Notes under the pieces: model-generated
What the model saw: the letters and a program-made list of their open reading frames with translations, nothing else
Told to the model about the DNA's origin: nothing
The model's database searches: none
Translations under genes and position numbers: made by a program
Shown: piece after piece, positions 12,729 to 25,505 of the stretch
How positions within the stretch are numbered: position 1 is the first letter of the stretch
Layout of the letters: each line of letters opens with the position of its first letter
Origin: Heterodontus francisci
Taxonomy: Eukaryota
Length of the DNA: 64,000 nt
Direction of reading: 5' to 3'
Assembly (NCBI RefSeq): GCF_036365525.1
Contig: NC_090386.1
Span: 62,514,956 to 62,578,955 of the forward strand

Positions 12729-15700
12729 CACTAATGTCCTTCAGGGAAGAAAATCTGCTGTCCTTACCTGGTCTGGCCTACACATGACTCCAGACCCACA
12801 GAAATCTGGTTGACTCTTAAATGCCCTCCGAAATGGCCTAGTAAGCCATTCAGTTGTATCTAACTACTACGAAGTCAATAAAGGAATGAATACGGACGGA
12901 CCACTTGGACTTGACCTAGGCACCGGAAAGAAAAACGGCAAATCTAGCCCTGTTGACATTGCAAGGTCCTCCTTACTAACATCTGCAGGCTTGTGTCGAA
13001 GTTGGGAGAGCTGTACCACAGACTAGTCAAGCAATGGCCTGGTATTGTCATACTCACCGAATCATACCTTACAGACAATGGCCCAGACAGAGTCATCATC
13101 ATAGCTGGGTATGTCCTGTCCCACTGGCAGGACAGACCCAGCAGGGGTGGCAGCACTGTGGTATACAGTCGAGAGGGAGTTGCCCTGGGAGTCCTCAACA
13201 TTGACTCCAGACGCTCATGGCATCAGGTCAAACATGGGCAAGGAAATCTCCTGCTGATTACCACCTACCCACCATCCCCCACTCTCCTTCAGCTGCTAAA
13301 TCAGTACTCCATGTTGAACGGCACTTGGAGGAATTACGGAGGGTGGCAAGGGCACAGAATGTACTCTGGGTGGGGGACTTCAATGTCCATCACCAAGAGT
13401 GACTTGGTAGCACCACTACTGACCGAGTCCTAAAGGACATAGCTGCTAGACCGGGTCTGCAGTAGGTGGTGAGGGAACCAACAAGAGGGAAAAATATACT
13501 CGACCTCATCCTCACCAATCTGTCTGCCGCAGGTGCAAATGTCCATGACAGTATTGGTAGGAGTGACCACAGCACAGTTCTGGTGGAGACCAAGTCCCAT
13601 CTTCACACTGAGGATACTCTCCATCGTGTTGTGTGGCATGACCACCGTGTTAAATGGGATAGATTTTAAACAGATCTAGCAATGCAAAACTGGGCATCCA
13701 TGAGGCGCTGTGGGCCATCAGCAGCAGCAGAATTGCACTCAATCACAATCTGCAACCTCATGGCCCGGCATATCCCCCACTCTACCATTACCATCAAGCC
13801 GAGGGACCAACCCGGGTTCAATGAAGAGTGCAGGAGGGCATGCCAGGAGAAGCATCAGGCATACCTAAAAATGAGGTGTCTACCTGGTGAAGCTGCAACC
13901 AGGACTAGTTGCATGCCAAACAGCATAAGCAGCATGCGATAGACAAAGCTAAGAGATCCCATAACCAATGGATCAGATCTAAGCTCTACAGTCCTGCCAC
14001 ATCCAGCTATGAATGGTGGTGGACAATTAAACAACTAACAGGAGGAGGAGACTCCACAAATATCCCCATCCTCAATGGTGGAGGAGCCCAGCATATCAGT
14101 GCGAAAGATAAGGCTGAAGCATTTGCAACAATCTTCAGCCAGAAGTGCCGAGTTGATGATCCATCTTGGCCTCCTCCTGAAATCCCCAGCATCACAGATG
14201 CCAGTCTTCAGCCAATTCCATTCACTCCACGTGATATCAAGAAACGACTGAAGGTACTGGATACAGTGAAGGCTATGGGCCCTGACAATATTCCGGCAAT
14301 AGTCCTGAAGACCTGCGCTCCAGAACTTGCTGCTCTCCTAGCCAAGCTGTGCCAGTACAACACTGGCATGTACCCGGCAATGTGGAAAATTGTCCAGGTA
14401 TGTCCTGTACACAAAAAGCAAGATAAATCTAATCCGGCCAATTACCGCCCCATCAGTCCACTCTCAATCATCAGTAAAGAGATGGAAGGCGTCATCAACA
14501 GTGCCATCAAGCGGCACTTGCTTGGCAATAACATGCTCAGTGACACTCAGTTTGGGTTCCGCTAGGGCCACTCAGCTCCAGACCTCATTACAGCCTTGGT
14601 TCAAACATGGACAAAAAAGAGCTGAACTCCAGAGGTGATGTGAGAGTGACTGCCCTTGATATCAAGGCAGCATTTGACAGAATATGGCATCAAGGAGTCC
14701 TCACAAAACTGGAGTCAATGGGAATCAGGAAGAAAATTCTCCACTGGTTGGAGTCATACCTAGCACAAAGGAAGATTGTTGAGGTTGTTGGAAGTCAATC
14801 ATCTCAGCTCCAGGACATCACTGTAGGTGCTCCTCAGGGTCGTGTCCTAGGCCCAACCATCTTCAGCTGCTTCATCAATGATAAGGTCCGAAGTGGGGAT
14901 GTTCACTGATGATTGCACAATGTTCAGCACCATTCGCGACTCCTCAGATACTGAAACAGACTATGCAGAAATGCAGCAAGGCCTGGACAATATCCAGGCT
15001 TGGGCTGATAAGTGGAGAGTAACATTCGTGCAAACAAGTGCCAGGCAATGACCATCTCCCCTTGACAGTCAATGGCATTACCATCGCTGAATCCCCCACT
15101 ATCAACATCCTGGGGTATCTGTTGACCAGAAACTGAATTGGAGTAGCCATATAAATATATGCAAGAGCACATGAGATGCGAGGAATCCTACGGCGAGTAA
15201 CTCACCTCCTGACTCCCCAAAGCCTGTCCACCAGCTACAAAGCACAAATCAGAAGTGTGATGGAATACTTTCCACTTGCCTGGATGGGTGCAGCTCCAGT
15301 AACACTCAAGAAGCTCGACACCATCCAGAAAAAAGTAGCCCGCTTGATTGGCACTCCATCTACAAATATTCACGCCCGCCACCACCGATGCACAGTGGCA
15401 GCAGTGTGTACCATTTACAAGATGCACCGTGGCAACGCATTCAGGCTCCTTCAACAGCACCTTTCAAACCAGTGACCTCTACCACCTCGAAGGACAAGGG
15501 AAGTAGATGCATGGGAACACCACCATCTGCAAGTTCCCCTCCAAGCCACACACCATCCTGACTTGGAACTACATCGCCGTTCCTTCACTGTCGCTGGGTC
15601 AAAATCCTGGAACTCCCTTCCTAACAGCACTGTAGGTGGACTGCAGCGGTTCAAGAAGGCAGCTCACCACCACCTTCTCAAGGGCAATTAGGAATGGACA

Positions 15701-15738
15701 ATAAATGCTGGCCTAGCCAGAGACGCTCACATCCCAGG
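12729..15738 (+). mobile_element. Near full-length copy of the tRNA-headed single-ORF LINE (APE endonuclease + RT, disrupted)
   Basis: Endonuclease motifs IVILTESYL, LWVGDFNVHH, ILDLILTN and GRSDH. RT motifs YRPISPLS, DIKAAFDRIWH and GAPQG..LGPTIF. Several frameshifts and stops; polyA tail. Confidence 0.93.
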
Positions 15739-16559
15739 AACGAATATAAAAAAAAAATACTCCCTGTGGTGACAGTAGAAATTGTAATTTCCCTGCCATT
15801 AATGCTTCACTTTGAAGTTCCACGGAAACTTCTTAGCTGTTGGCACCCATTTATACAAAATGTCACTGTTGTGAGTTTTTCCTAACATTGGTAATGTGCA
15901 ATCAAATGGCAGTTTATACTGTTTTATAGAAGGATGATTTTTCAACAGTGAACTGCTCAATTCAAGCATCTGTTTTAACATAGAATTTAGATAAAGCGTA
16001 GTTGAAATTTTGTCCGTTAAACAAAAAATTTGGAAATATTGTTGATCAGAGTCAAATAATCAGAATCAAAAGTAGTCTTAACCAGCCTTGCTTAGTGGAA
16101 TGATTCTGTTTAAACAGAAGGACAAAATGGGAAAGTCAGTGGTTTAGTCTCGAACTGACCACTTAAGCTTCCTTTACTTTTCATGATTCTAGAGCAATTA
16201 TTTTATTTCAAACTTTATCAGTTTGTGACTAATTTAATAATTATCGTGCTTGCAGCAAAGTAGTGACTGAGGACGTTAAATCATCAGTAGTTTTGATTCA
16301 TTTTGCAGCTTTACCTCACTTGTGGTCATTTTGACATTATGTTGCCGTCATTGTGACCTACATAGGGTGACCACCAACAACGCATGAAACTGCAAGTTAC
16401 TCAGATAGATATTCATTTCCGAATTGGTTTTCTTCATAGTGTGTTTAAACAAATGGTGATCAAATGTAACATGTCAGATTAAATCCTCAAATTCGAATAT
16501 GATCTCTTCTTGCAGCACCATAGGGGTACTACATGTTTCAGTGGCACTGTTAGAGGAAT

Positions 16560-16978
16560 TAGTGTCTCAACACAGATTTCAGTTCACTCTAGAGACCAGA
16601 GCACAAAATCTAGCACTTCAGTGCAGTATTAAGAGACTGCTACACTGTGAAAAGAACCAACTACAGCTGAGATGTTCAACCGTGGACCAGCTGCTCTCTT
16701 AGGTTAACGTAAAATATTCCAGGACACTACTTTATAGAGAAGCACAGGCGTTCTCTCCACCAACCAGTACTCTGATCAATTCTGATCTCTGAACCAACAT
16801 TACTAAAACAGATCATCTGGTCATTATCACAGTGCTGTTTGTGAGACCTTGCTGTGCACAAATTGGCTGCCATGCTTCCTACAATACAACAATAACTGCA
16901 ACTGCAAAAACTCAATTGGCTGTAAAAAGCTTTGGGATGCCCAAAGGTTACAACAGGTGCTATATAAATTCAGTTCTT
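16560..16978 (+). mobile_element. Deu-domain SINE (SacSINE1/AmnSINE1-like), degenerate
   Basis: Contains aaacagatcatctggtcattatcaca.tgctgtttgtg.gaccttgctgtgcacaaattggctgcc and an L2-type tail ggtgctatataaat; homologous to 32392-32715. Confidence 0.75.
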
Positions 16979-17212
16979 GTTTGTTTTCTTATTTGAACGA
17001 ACAAAAAAAATAATTATTTCTTCCCATGTTTCAAGCCTTGAAAACACATTTTCCTTCTCCCACTCATATTCCATCAACTGTACACTGAATGGAGATGGGG
17101 TAAGACCAAGAGCAAGCATGAAGCTGGTCTTATGCTCCAGTACAACCTATTATTACCACAAAAGAAAAGTTCAGCCACAAGTGCTCACCTGATACCCCTT
17201 CACAGGAAGGGG

Positions 17213-17428
17213 TAGTTTTTTAGTTTTTAGTTTTAGAGATACAGCACTGAAACAGGCCCTTCGGCCCACCGAGTCTGTGCCGACCATCAACCACCCATTT
17301 TATACTAATCCTACACTAATTCCATATTCCTACCACATCCCCACCTGTCCTTATATTTCCCTACCACCTACCTATACTAGGGGCAATTGCTAATGGCCAA
17401 TTTACCTATCAACCTGCAAGTCTTTGGC
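17213..17428 (-). mobile_element. 3' half of an HE1-like V-SINE
   Basis: Reverse complement of 11820-12030 with a (TAAAAAC)n tail. Confidence 0.9.
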
Positions 17429-17654
17429 ATGATGATGTATGTATGTAGATGATGTATCTGTGGTCAAAGTGGCTCCAAGGGGTCAGGTATACTGACAGAA
17501 GCTTGGAACTAAGTCAAGTCAAAGGTACTGTTTTATCAAGTCTGGCACATTCAAGTCTGCAGTATTGCAAGGTGCTATTAATGACTGACCAGCCATCCTC
17601 GCTCACTAAAGAACTGGGGTACACATTTTTACTGGGAGCTGGGATTCTTACCAT

Positions 17655-17780
17655 CAGATGAAAAGTCATAGACCTGAAAATTTAATTCTGTTTTCTCCAC
17701 ACAGATGTTGCCTGACCTAAGTATTTCCAGCATTTCTGTTTTTATTTCACATTTCCAGAATCCGCAGTGTTTTGCTTTTC
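17655..17780 (+). mobile_element. Penelope terminal-repeat fragment
   Basis: Homologous to 1130-1240. Confidence 0.65.
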
Positions 17781-18199
17781 TATACAAATGCAAGTTGTGA
17801 TAGCAGGGAACTCCTGTTTTTGTTTTAACTTGTCAAAGGTAGTGTCAGCTGCCCAAAAGGAGAATAGTGATATTTTTTCTTCTAATTGGTGTGCTGATAA
17901 CGCAACAAATACAGGAAAAAAACAGGATTTCTAAGGGATTGCAGTGCACATCATGCCAGGTAGGACAGAAAAATGACTTATGATCCCAATTTGAAAACTT
18001 ACAGGGTTAAGTACATAATATTTTTTAAATATTTGAAATTTCATCCCAACTTTACATTTAACATAAACTGCAAGAAATGGTTACCTATGCTTCACTTTGT
18101 AGCATAAAGGAGAGAGAAAGCCAGATTCTACATTTGGAAAAGAGCCACTGGAAACAACTGCTTGATTCTACAAGAGATGCTTACTACTCCCTATAATTC

Positions 18200-20920
18200 A
18201 ATCTTTCAATCTTTGGCCTCCTTGTCTCGAGAGACAATGGGTAAGCGCCTGGAGGTGGTCAGTGGTTTGTGGAGCAGCGCCTGGAGTGGCTATAAAGGCC
18301 AATTCTAGAGTGACAGGCTCTTCCACAGGTGCTGCAGATAAAATTGGTTGTCAGGGCTGTTACACAGTTGGCTCTCTCCTTACGCTTCTGTCTTTTTTCC
18401 TGCCAACTGCTAAGTCTCTTCGACTCGCCACGCTTTAGCCCCGCCTTTATGGTTGCCCGCCAGCTCTGGCGATTGCTGGCAACTGACTCCCACGACTTGT
18501 GGTCAATGTCACAGGACTTCATGTCGCGTTGGCAGATGTCTTTAAAGCAGAGCCATGGACGGCCGGTGGGTCTGGTACCAGTGACGTGCCCGCTGTACAA
18601 TGTGTCCTTGGGGATCCTGCCATCTTCCATGCGGCTCACATAGCCAAGCCATCTCGGGCGCCGCTGGCTTAGTAGGGTGTATATGCTGGGGATGTTGGCC
18701 TCCTCGAGGACTTCTGTGTTGGAGATACGGTCCTGTCACCTGATGCCAAGGATTCTCCGGAGGCAGCGAAGATGGAATGAATTGAGACGTCGCTCTTGGC
18801 TGACGTACGTTGTCCAGGCCTCGCTGCCATAGAGCAAGGTACTCAGGACACAGGCTTGATACACTTGGACTTTTGTGTTCTGTGTCAGTGCGCCATTTTT
18901 CCACACTCTCTTGGCCAGTCTGGACACAGCAGAGGAAGCCTTTCCCATGCACTTGTTGATTTCTGCATCGAGAGACAGGTTACTGGGTGATAGTTGAGCC
19001 TAGGTTGGTGAACTCTTGAACCACTTCCAGAGTGTGATCGCTGATATTGATAGATGGGGCATTTCTGACGTCCTGTCCCATGATGTTCATTTTCTTGAGG
19101 CTGATGGTTAGGCCAAATTCATTGCAGGCAGCCGCAAACCTGTCGATGAGTCTCTGCAGACACTCTTCAGTGTGAGATGTTAATGCAGCATCGTCAGCAA
19201 AGAGGAGTTCCCTGGTCAGGACTTTTCATACTTTGGTCTTCGCTTTTTGACAGGCAAGGTTGAACAACCTGCCACCTGATCTTACGTGGAGGAAAATTCC
19301 TTCTTCTGAGGACTTGAATGCATGTGAGAGCAGCAGGGAGAAGAAGATCCCAAACAGTGTAGGTGAGAGAACACAGCCCTGTTTCACGCCACTCAGGATT
19401 GGAAAGGGGTCTGATGAGGTGCCGCTATGCTGAATTGTGCCTTTCATATTGTCATGGAATGAGATGATGATACTTAGTAGCTTTGGTGGGCATCCAATCT
19501 TTTCTAGTAGTCTGAAGAGACCACTTCTGCTGACGAGGTCAAAGGCTTTGGTGAGATCAATGAAAGCAACGTAGAGGGGCATCTGTTGTTTACGGCACTT
19601 CTCCTGTAGCTGGCGAAGGGAGAACAGCATGTCAATGGTGGATCTCTCTGCTCGAAAGCCACACTGTGCCTCAGGATAGACACGCTCAGCCAGTTTCTGC
19701 AGCCTGTTTAAAAGCGACACGAGTGAAGACTTTCCCCACTATGCTGAGCAGGGAGATTCCACGGTAGTTGTTGTAGTCACCGCAGTCACCCTTGTTCTTA
19801 TAGAGGGTGATGATATTGGCATCGCGCATGTCCTGTGGTACGGCTCCCTCATTCCAGCACAGGCAAAGCAGTTCGTGCAGAGCTGGAAGTATAGCAGGCT
19901 TGGCACTCTTGATGATTTCAGGGGTAATGCCGTCCTTCCCAGGGGCTTTTCCGCTGGCTAGAGAATCAATGGCATCACTGAGTTCCGATTTTGTTGGCTG
20001 TTCGTCCAGCTCATCCATGACTGGCAGAGACAGGGTTGCATTGAGGGCAGTCTCAGTGACAACATTTTCCCTGGAGTACAGTTCTAGGTAGTGTTCCACC
20101 CAGCGGTCCATTTGTTTGCGTTGGTCAGTGATTGTGTCCCCCGATTTAGATTTGAGGGGGGCAATCTTCTTGACAGTTGGCCCAAAAGCTCTAATGCCAT
20201 CATACATCCCTCTGATATTTCCTATGTCAGAGGCCAGCTGGATATGACTGCATAGGTGTTGCCAGTAGTCATTTGCGCAGCGCCTGGCTGTTCTTTGTGC
20301 AGCTCTTCTGGCAGCTTTAAGTGCTACGGATGTTAACTCGCTGGGGGCTTTCTTGTAGCTCAGCAGTGCAATGTGCTTAGCGGCTATGACAGGTTCCAGC
20401 TCTTCAATGTGAGATTGAAACCAGTCTGCATTCCGCTTCACACAATTGCCATAGGTGGTCATTGCTGAGTCATAGATGGCGTCTCTGATGTGGGCCCACT
20501 TGGTCCCTGCATCCCCTGTGGGAGTGTTTTGGAGGGCTTTTTCAAGTGAATTTAGAAACTTGCTTAACAGCTGTGGATGAGAAATTCTGCTGGTGTTGAT
20601 GCGCGGGCGGCCCTTCTGCTTGGAGTGATGCAGCTTCTTTGGTTTGAGGCTAACCTTGCTGCAGACCAGGGAGTGGTCGGTGTCGCAGTCCGCACTGTGG
20701 AAGCTGCGTGTGATTTGAACACTGTTTAAAGAGGCTCGCCTTGTAACGATGAGGTCCAGCTGGTGCCAACGACGTGATCTTGGGTGCCTCCAAGAAACCT
20801 GGTGACAGGGTTTAGTGTGAAAGAATGAATTGGTGATGCAGAGGTTATGATAGGTACACAACTCAAGCAGTCTCTGTCCATTCTCATTCATCCTTCCAAT
20901 GCCAAAGCGCCCAAGGCAGG
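18200..20920 (-). mobile_element. 5'-truncated RTE-clade LINE (endonuclease C-terminus + RT), frameshifted
   Basis: ORF 19686-20891 (NENGQRLLELC, WHQLDLI, ADCDTDH, YRGISLLS), ORF 19226-19720 (FIDLTKAFD, GVKQGCVLSP) and C-terminal C-x2-C GRACHSRIGLYSH. Confidence 0.93.
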
Positions 20921-21802
20921 AAGGCCTAAAACTACATTAAATCAGAAATGCCTAGAAGAACAGCTTTTGTCAACTTCAGGTCATTTTGAATTTAGTTTGC
21001 TTCAAAAAAGAAACCATACTTGCACCAGATCTTTACAGGGACTAGGTTTCAAGGCTATTGTGTTCAGAGGTCATTTGAAAATTGTCTCAAGCTTTATTCC
21101 CGTGGTTTACTAGATCAGATAAATAGCAATACTGCCAGTTACAACATTCATGAATTTATTACATTATAAATTATAGGGAATTAGAAAGATCATATATATC
21201 TAATCGATTTATTAAGCACCTGCGTTTTAACAGAAGTGCAACTGGCACCAGACGAAAACAAATATCAGAATGGACATTCTTTTTTTGGGGGGGGGGGGGG
21301 GGGGGGGGGGGTAGGGTGGGCGGGGGAAGCAGTTGGGAAAACAAAGAACAATGCTAAAATTGCAGTTTAAATGGAAATGAGCATTTAGATTTCACCATGA
21401 TGAAATCTCACAACCCTCATTGCCACAATGAGTTCAATATTATATAGTGCTGCACAATTTCAGGATGCAGCTTGACCCACAATTCCCAACACAGTCAGTT
21501 CATGATTGTTGTCTGGTCATCACAAGGCAACAACCAGCTGAAGAGACACTTTCCCCACAAAAAGTGAACTAAGGACAATAACACCCTCCCCCCACCCACC
21601 CACAACCCCTTCCTCATTACACTTGCAAATGAACATAATAGTGCGGACAACAAATTGTGCTTTTCATTTGTAGTGGTCTATCTGAAGGCAGACTTCAAAA
21701 CTTGCATTCAAAGAGATAACTCCAGACACAGCAAATAACAAAATAACAAAATAAAACACTTATTGGCACCAGTAACAGAAATACTTCCTTTGTATCATTT
21801 CA

Positions 21803-23175
21803 AGAACAACAAAGAACAAAGATAATTACAGCACAGGAAGAGGCCCTTCGGCCCTCCAAGCCTGCGCCGATCCAGATCCTCTCTCTAAACATGTCGCCTA
21901 TTTTCTAAGCTTCTGTATCTCTTTTCTTCCTGCCCATTCATGTATCTGTCCAGATACATCTTAAAAGACGCCATCGTGCCCGCATCTACCACCTCCGCTG
22001 GCAATGCGTTCCAGGTGCCCACCACCCTCTGCGTAAAGAACTTTCCACGCATATCCCCCCTAAACTTTTCCCCTTTCACTTTGAACTCGTGTCCTCTAGT
22101 AATTGAAACCCCCACTCTGGGAAAAAGCTTCTTGCTATCCACCCTGTCTATACCTCTCATGATTTTGTACACCTCAATCAGGTCCCCCCTCAACCTCCGT
22201 CTTTCTAATGAAAATAATCCTAATCTACTCAACCTCTCTTCATAGCTAGCGCCCTCCATACCAGGCAACATCCTGGTGAACCTCCTCTGCACCCTCTCCA
22301 AAGCATCCACATCCTTTTGATAATGTGGCGACCAGAACTGTACGCAGTATTCCAAATGTGGCCGAACCAAAGTCCTATACAACTGTAACATGACCTGCCA
22401 ACTCTTGTACTCAATGCCCCGTCCGATGAAGGAAAGCATGCCGTATGCCTTCTTGACCACTCTATTTACCTGCGTTGCCACCTTCAGGGAACAGTGGACC
22501 TGAACACCCAAATCTCTCTGGACATCAATTTTCCCCAGGACTTTTCCATTTACTGTATAGTTCACTCTTGAATTGGATCTTCCAAAATGCATCACCTCGC
22601 ATTTGCCCTGATTGAACTCCATCTGCCATTTCTCTGCCCAACTCTCCAATCTATCTATATTCTGCTGTATTCTCTGACAGTCCCCTTCACTATCTGCTAC
22701 TCCACCAATCTTAGTGTCGTCTGCAAATTTGCTAATCAGTCCACCTATACTTTCCTCCAAATCATTAATGTATATCACAAACAACAGTGGTCCCAGCACG
22801 GATCCCTGTGGAACACCACTGGTCACACGTCTCCATTTTGAGAAACTCCCTTCTACTGCTACTCTCTGTCTCCTGTTGCCCAGCCAGTTCTTTATCCATC
22901 TAGCTAGTACACCTTGGACCCCAAGCGCCTTCACTTTCTCCATCAGCCTGCCATGGGGAACCTTATCAAACGCCTTACTGAAGTCCATGTATATGACATC
23001 GACAGCCCTTCCGTCATCAATCAACTTTGTCACTTCCTCAAAGAATTCTATTAAGTTGGTAAGACATGACCTTCCCTGCACAAAACCATGTTGCCTATCA
23101 CTGATGAGCCCATTTTCTTCCAAATGGGAATAGATCCTATCCCTCAGTATCTTCTCCAGCAGCTTCCCTACCACT
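21803..23175 (-). mobile_element. Young 5'-truncated CR1 (HER1-like) LINE with an open RT frame
   Basis: Uninterrupted 429-codon ORF 21885-23174 (YMDFSKAFDKVPH, GVPQGSVLGP, FADDTK). 3'UTR gggccgaagggcctcttcctgtgctgta with a (TTTGTTC)-type tail. Confidence 0.95.
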
Positions 23176-23422
23176 CCCGTTGAGAGTTACAAAGCAATAG
23201 TGAGACATTAGTCTTTTTTTTTTTTAAGTTTTACAGAATCCAATAGGAATGCCTAACAATTCTGCAAAGGTTTCTCCTAAGCATGGCATGCAAAGGAACT
23301 TAAGGCATCTTTGTCTTTAAAATATAAATTTATGGTACAATTTTGCTCAGGTTAGTTTATTCAAAGTTTCTACTGTCATCCTCTCTGTTAAGAGTAGGAT
23401 GGCCTGACCAGCCGACAGCTCT

Positions 23423-23833
23423 TTTTTTTTTATTTCCAAAATATACTTTATTCATAAAAATCTGTAAAAATTACATTGCCAAACAGTTTCCAAACAGCAC
23501 CAAAAAATACAAACATTGCAAGGGAGATCAGTTTCCTTCAATACTGTCATGAGTTTCTTCACAACCCTTCCGTTTCACAATTGTCATGTCAATTACAGTT
23601 TTACATTTACAGCAATTCAGAATATTAACGATACAGTTCGAGGGGTTTCCCATGGATCCAGCCCCTCAGTCCAGCTTGGTGGGGGAACCTTACACTGTGG
23701 TCTTTCCCCATTGAGCCTTTGCTGCGGCTGCCCCAAGCTTTAGTGCGTCCCTCAGCACGTAGTCCTGGACCTTGGAATGTGCCAGTCTGCAACATTCGGC
23801 GGTGGACAACTCTTTGCGCTGGAAGACCAGCAA
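23423..23833 (-). mobile_element. Short 3' fragment of a Tx1/L1-clade LINE with a 17 bp TSD
   Basis: Nearly identical to 59938-60350. TSD gaccagccgacagctct at 23406-23422 and 23834-23850. Confidence 0.95.
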
Positions 23834-23943
23834 GACCAGCCGACAGCTCTGTTGCAGCTATAAATGCCACTGATTGTTTAGACGGAAATGTACTTCTTTC
23901 TGCATACCAACACTGATCTTTGTAGTGCATCATCTTACACTCA

Positions 23944-24135
23944 TGTTAGGACCAAGTGAGAAAGGCGTCAAGGGTTCCCTCTCAACCTTCACCAGGTCTT
24001 ACAGGGTTTAATTTGAAACACACTGTTTTTAACTCCCCCTTGGTGAATCCTTGTTCACCGCTTTCCAATTATAAAGCAAAGAAACTAGCATAAACAGGTT
24101 TTCTTAGGTTTAAAGAAGATTGAAATTTATTAAAC
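23944..24135 (-). mobile_element. LTR fragment (7098 family)
   Basis: Homologous to 7098-7300. Confidence 0.7.
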
Positions 24136-24139
24136 TGGT

Positions 24140-24830
24140 TAACAAAATTCTATCAATTTCAGATTTAAAAATTAACAACTGAACAAGCAACAATTGCCAT
24201 TTGATGAAGAGTGTGCCAAACTTCTACCACCCTTTGTGTACTGAAATGTTTCCTAATTTCACTCTTGAAAGGACTGGCTCTAATTTTTAGACTATTCCTG
24301 GACTCCCCAACCAGTAGCAATAGTTTGTATCTATCTACTCTATTTATTCCCTTTGATATCTTCAAAACATCGATCAAATCACCCCTTAACCTTCTAAATT
24401 CCAGGAAATACAACCCTCGTTCATGTTCAAGTAATCTGTCCTTGTAATTTAACTCTTGGAGACCAAGTGTCATTCTAATAAATCTAAATCCCTCCAAGAC
24501 TAGTATATCCTCCCTAAGTTGTGGGTACCCAGAAATGCTCAGAGTCCTCCAGCTGTGGTCTAACCAGGGCTTTGTGTCGCTGAAACATGACTTCTGCCTC
24601 CTTGTATTCTAGTCCTCTAGATCGAAAAACCAGCATTCCATTAGCCTTTTTGAAAGTTATTTTCTGAGCCTGCTTGTGACATTTTAATGATCTGTGCATT
24701 TGGGCTCAAAAATCTCTGGACCTCAACTGTGGTTAGTTTTTTGCCTATTCACTTAATGTGTCAATATATCTTAGTAATTTTATGCTTCCATCTAGGCTGT
24801 TTACGATGCTGCCTATTTTTGCGTCATCAA
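24140..24830 (-). mobile_element. Degenerate CR1 LINE 3' region
   Basis: LEFRRLRGDLIDVLKI and ALVRPQLE peptides. Confidence 0.8.
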
Positions 24831-25390
24831 CAGTTTAAGTTCTGTTACAATGAAGGTGCTTAAACCTTAATAAAATTATTAAATATGCATGATTTTTTCC
24901 AATTGGTTTACATTCTAGGCAATCACAAATAATACTATATGGTCACTCCAAGACCAACTGACTGATTTAATAACTACACTTAAAGCGTTCATTATACACT
25001 TTCTTGCCGAATTATTTTAAAATCTCAACTCATTCCCTCATTATGTTTTTGATACTGTTGAGTGATGGTGCATGCAAACATGTCCCACTATACCAGATGC
25101 TCCCATCTGGTGAAATACAAAAGGAATTTAACAATACCTTCTAATACATAGTAAGAATAATGTTAAAGCCCTGCTTAGAACTGTGATTTTAAATTAATTG
25201 TTGATATGCTAGGTGTTTTCTATCTGCTCCTGTTGCTTTTCCATTAAGAGGTTTTGATATTTGTTCATTGATTTAAAATTCTTCCCCTTTCCCCCAGCAG
25301 TGGTTTAGTTTTTCTCTTTTTTTGGGCCAACAAATGAAAAGCTTCCAGTGATCTGAGTGTTTGATCTCTGTGCATGGTGTGTGCCGAGGG

Positions 25391-25505
25391 TCATGCTAGG
25401 CCCCCACCTGCCAAGAACGAGGCATATTAATTTTGTCATGAACATTGATTTTAAACTGTTACTGGAGTGAAGAAAGGACTTGTAAAACAGATCAGCCATG
25501 GCTGA
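25391..25505 (+). mobile_element. LTR 5'-end fragment (7098 family)
   Basis: cccacctgccaagaacgaggcatattaatttt matches the reverse complement of 7900-7981. Confidence 0.6.
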
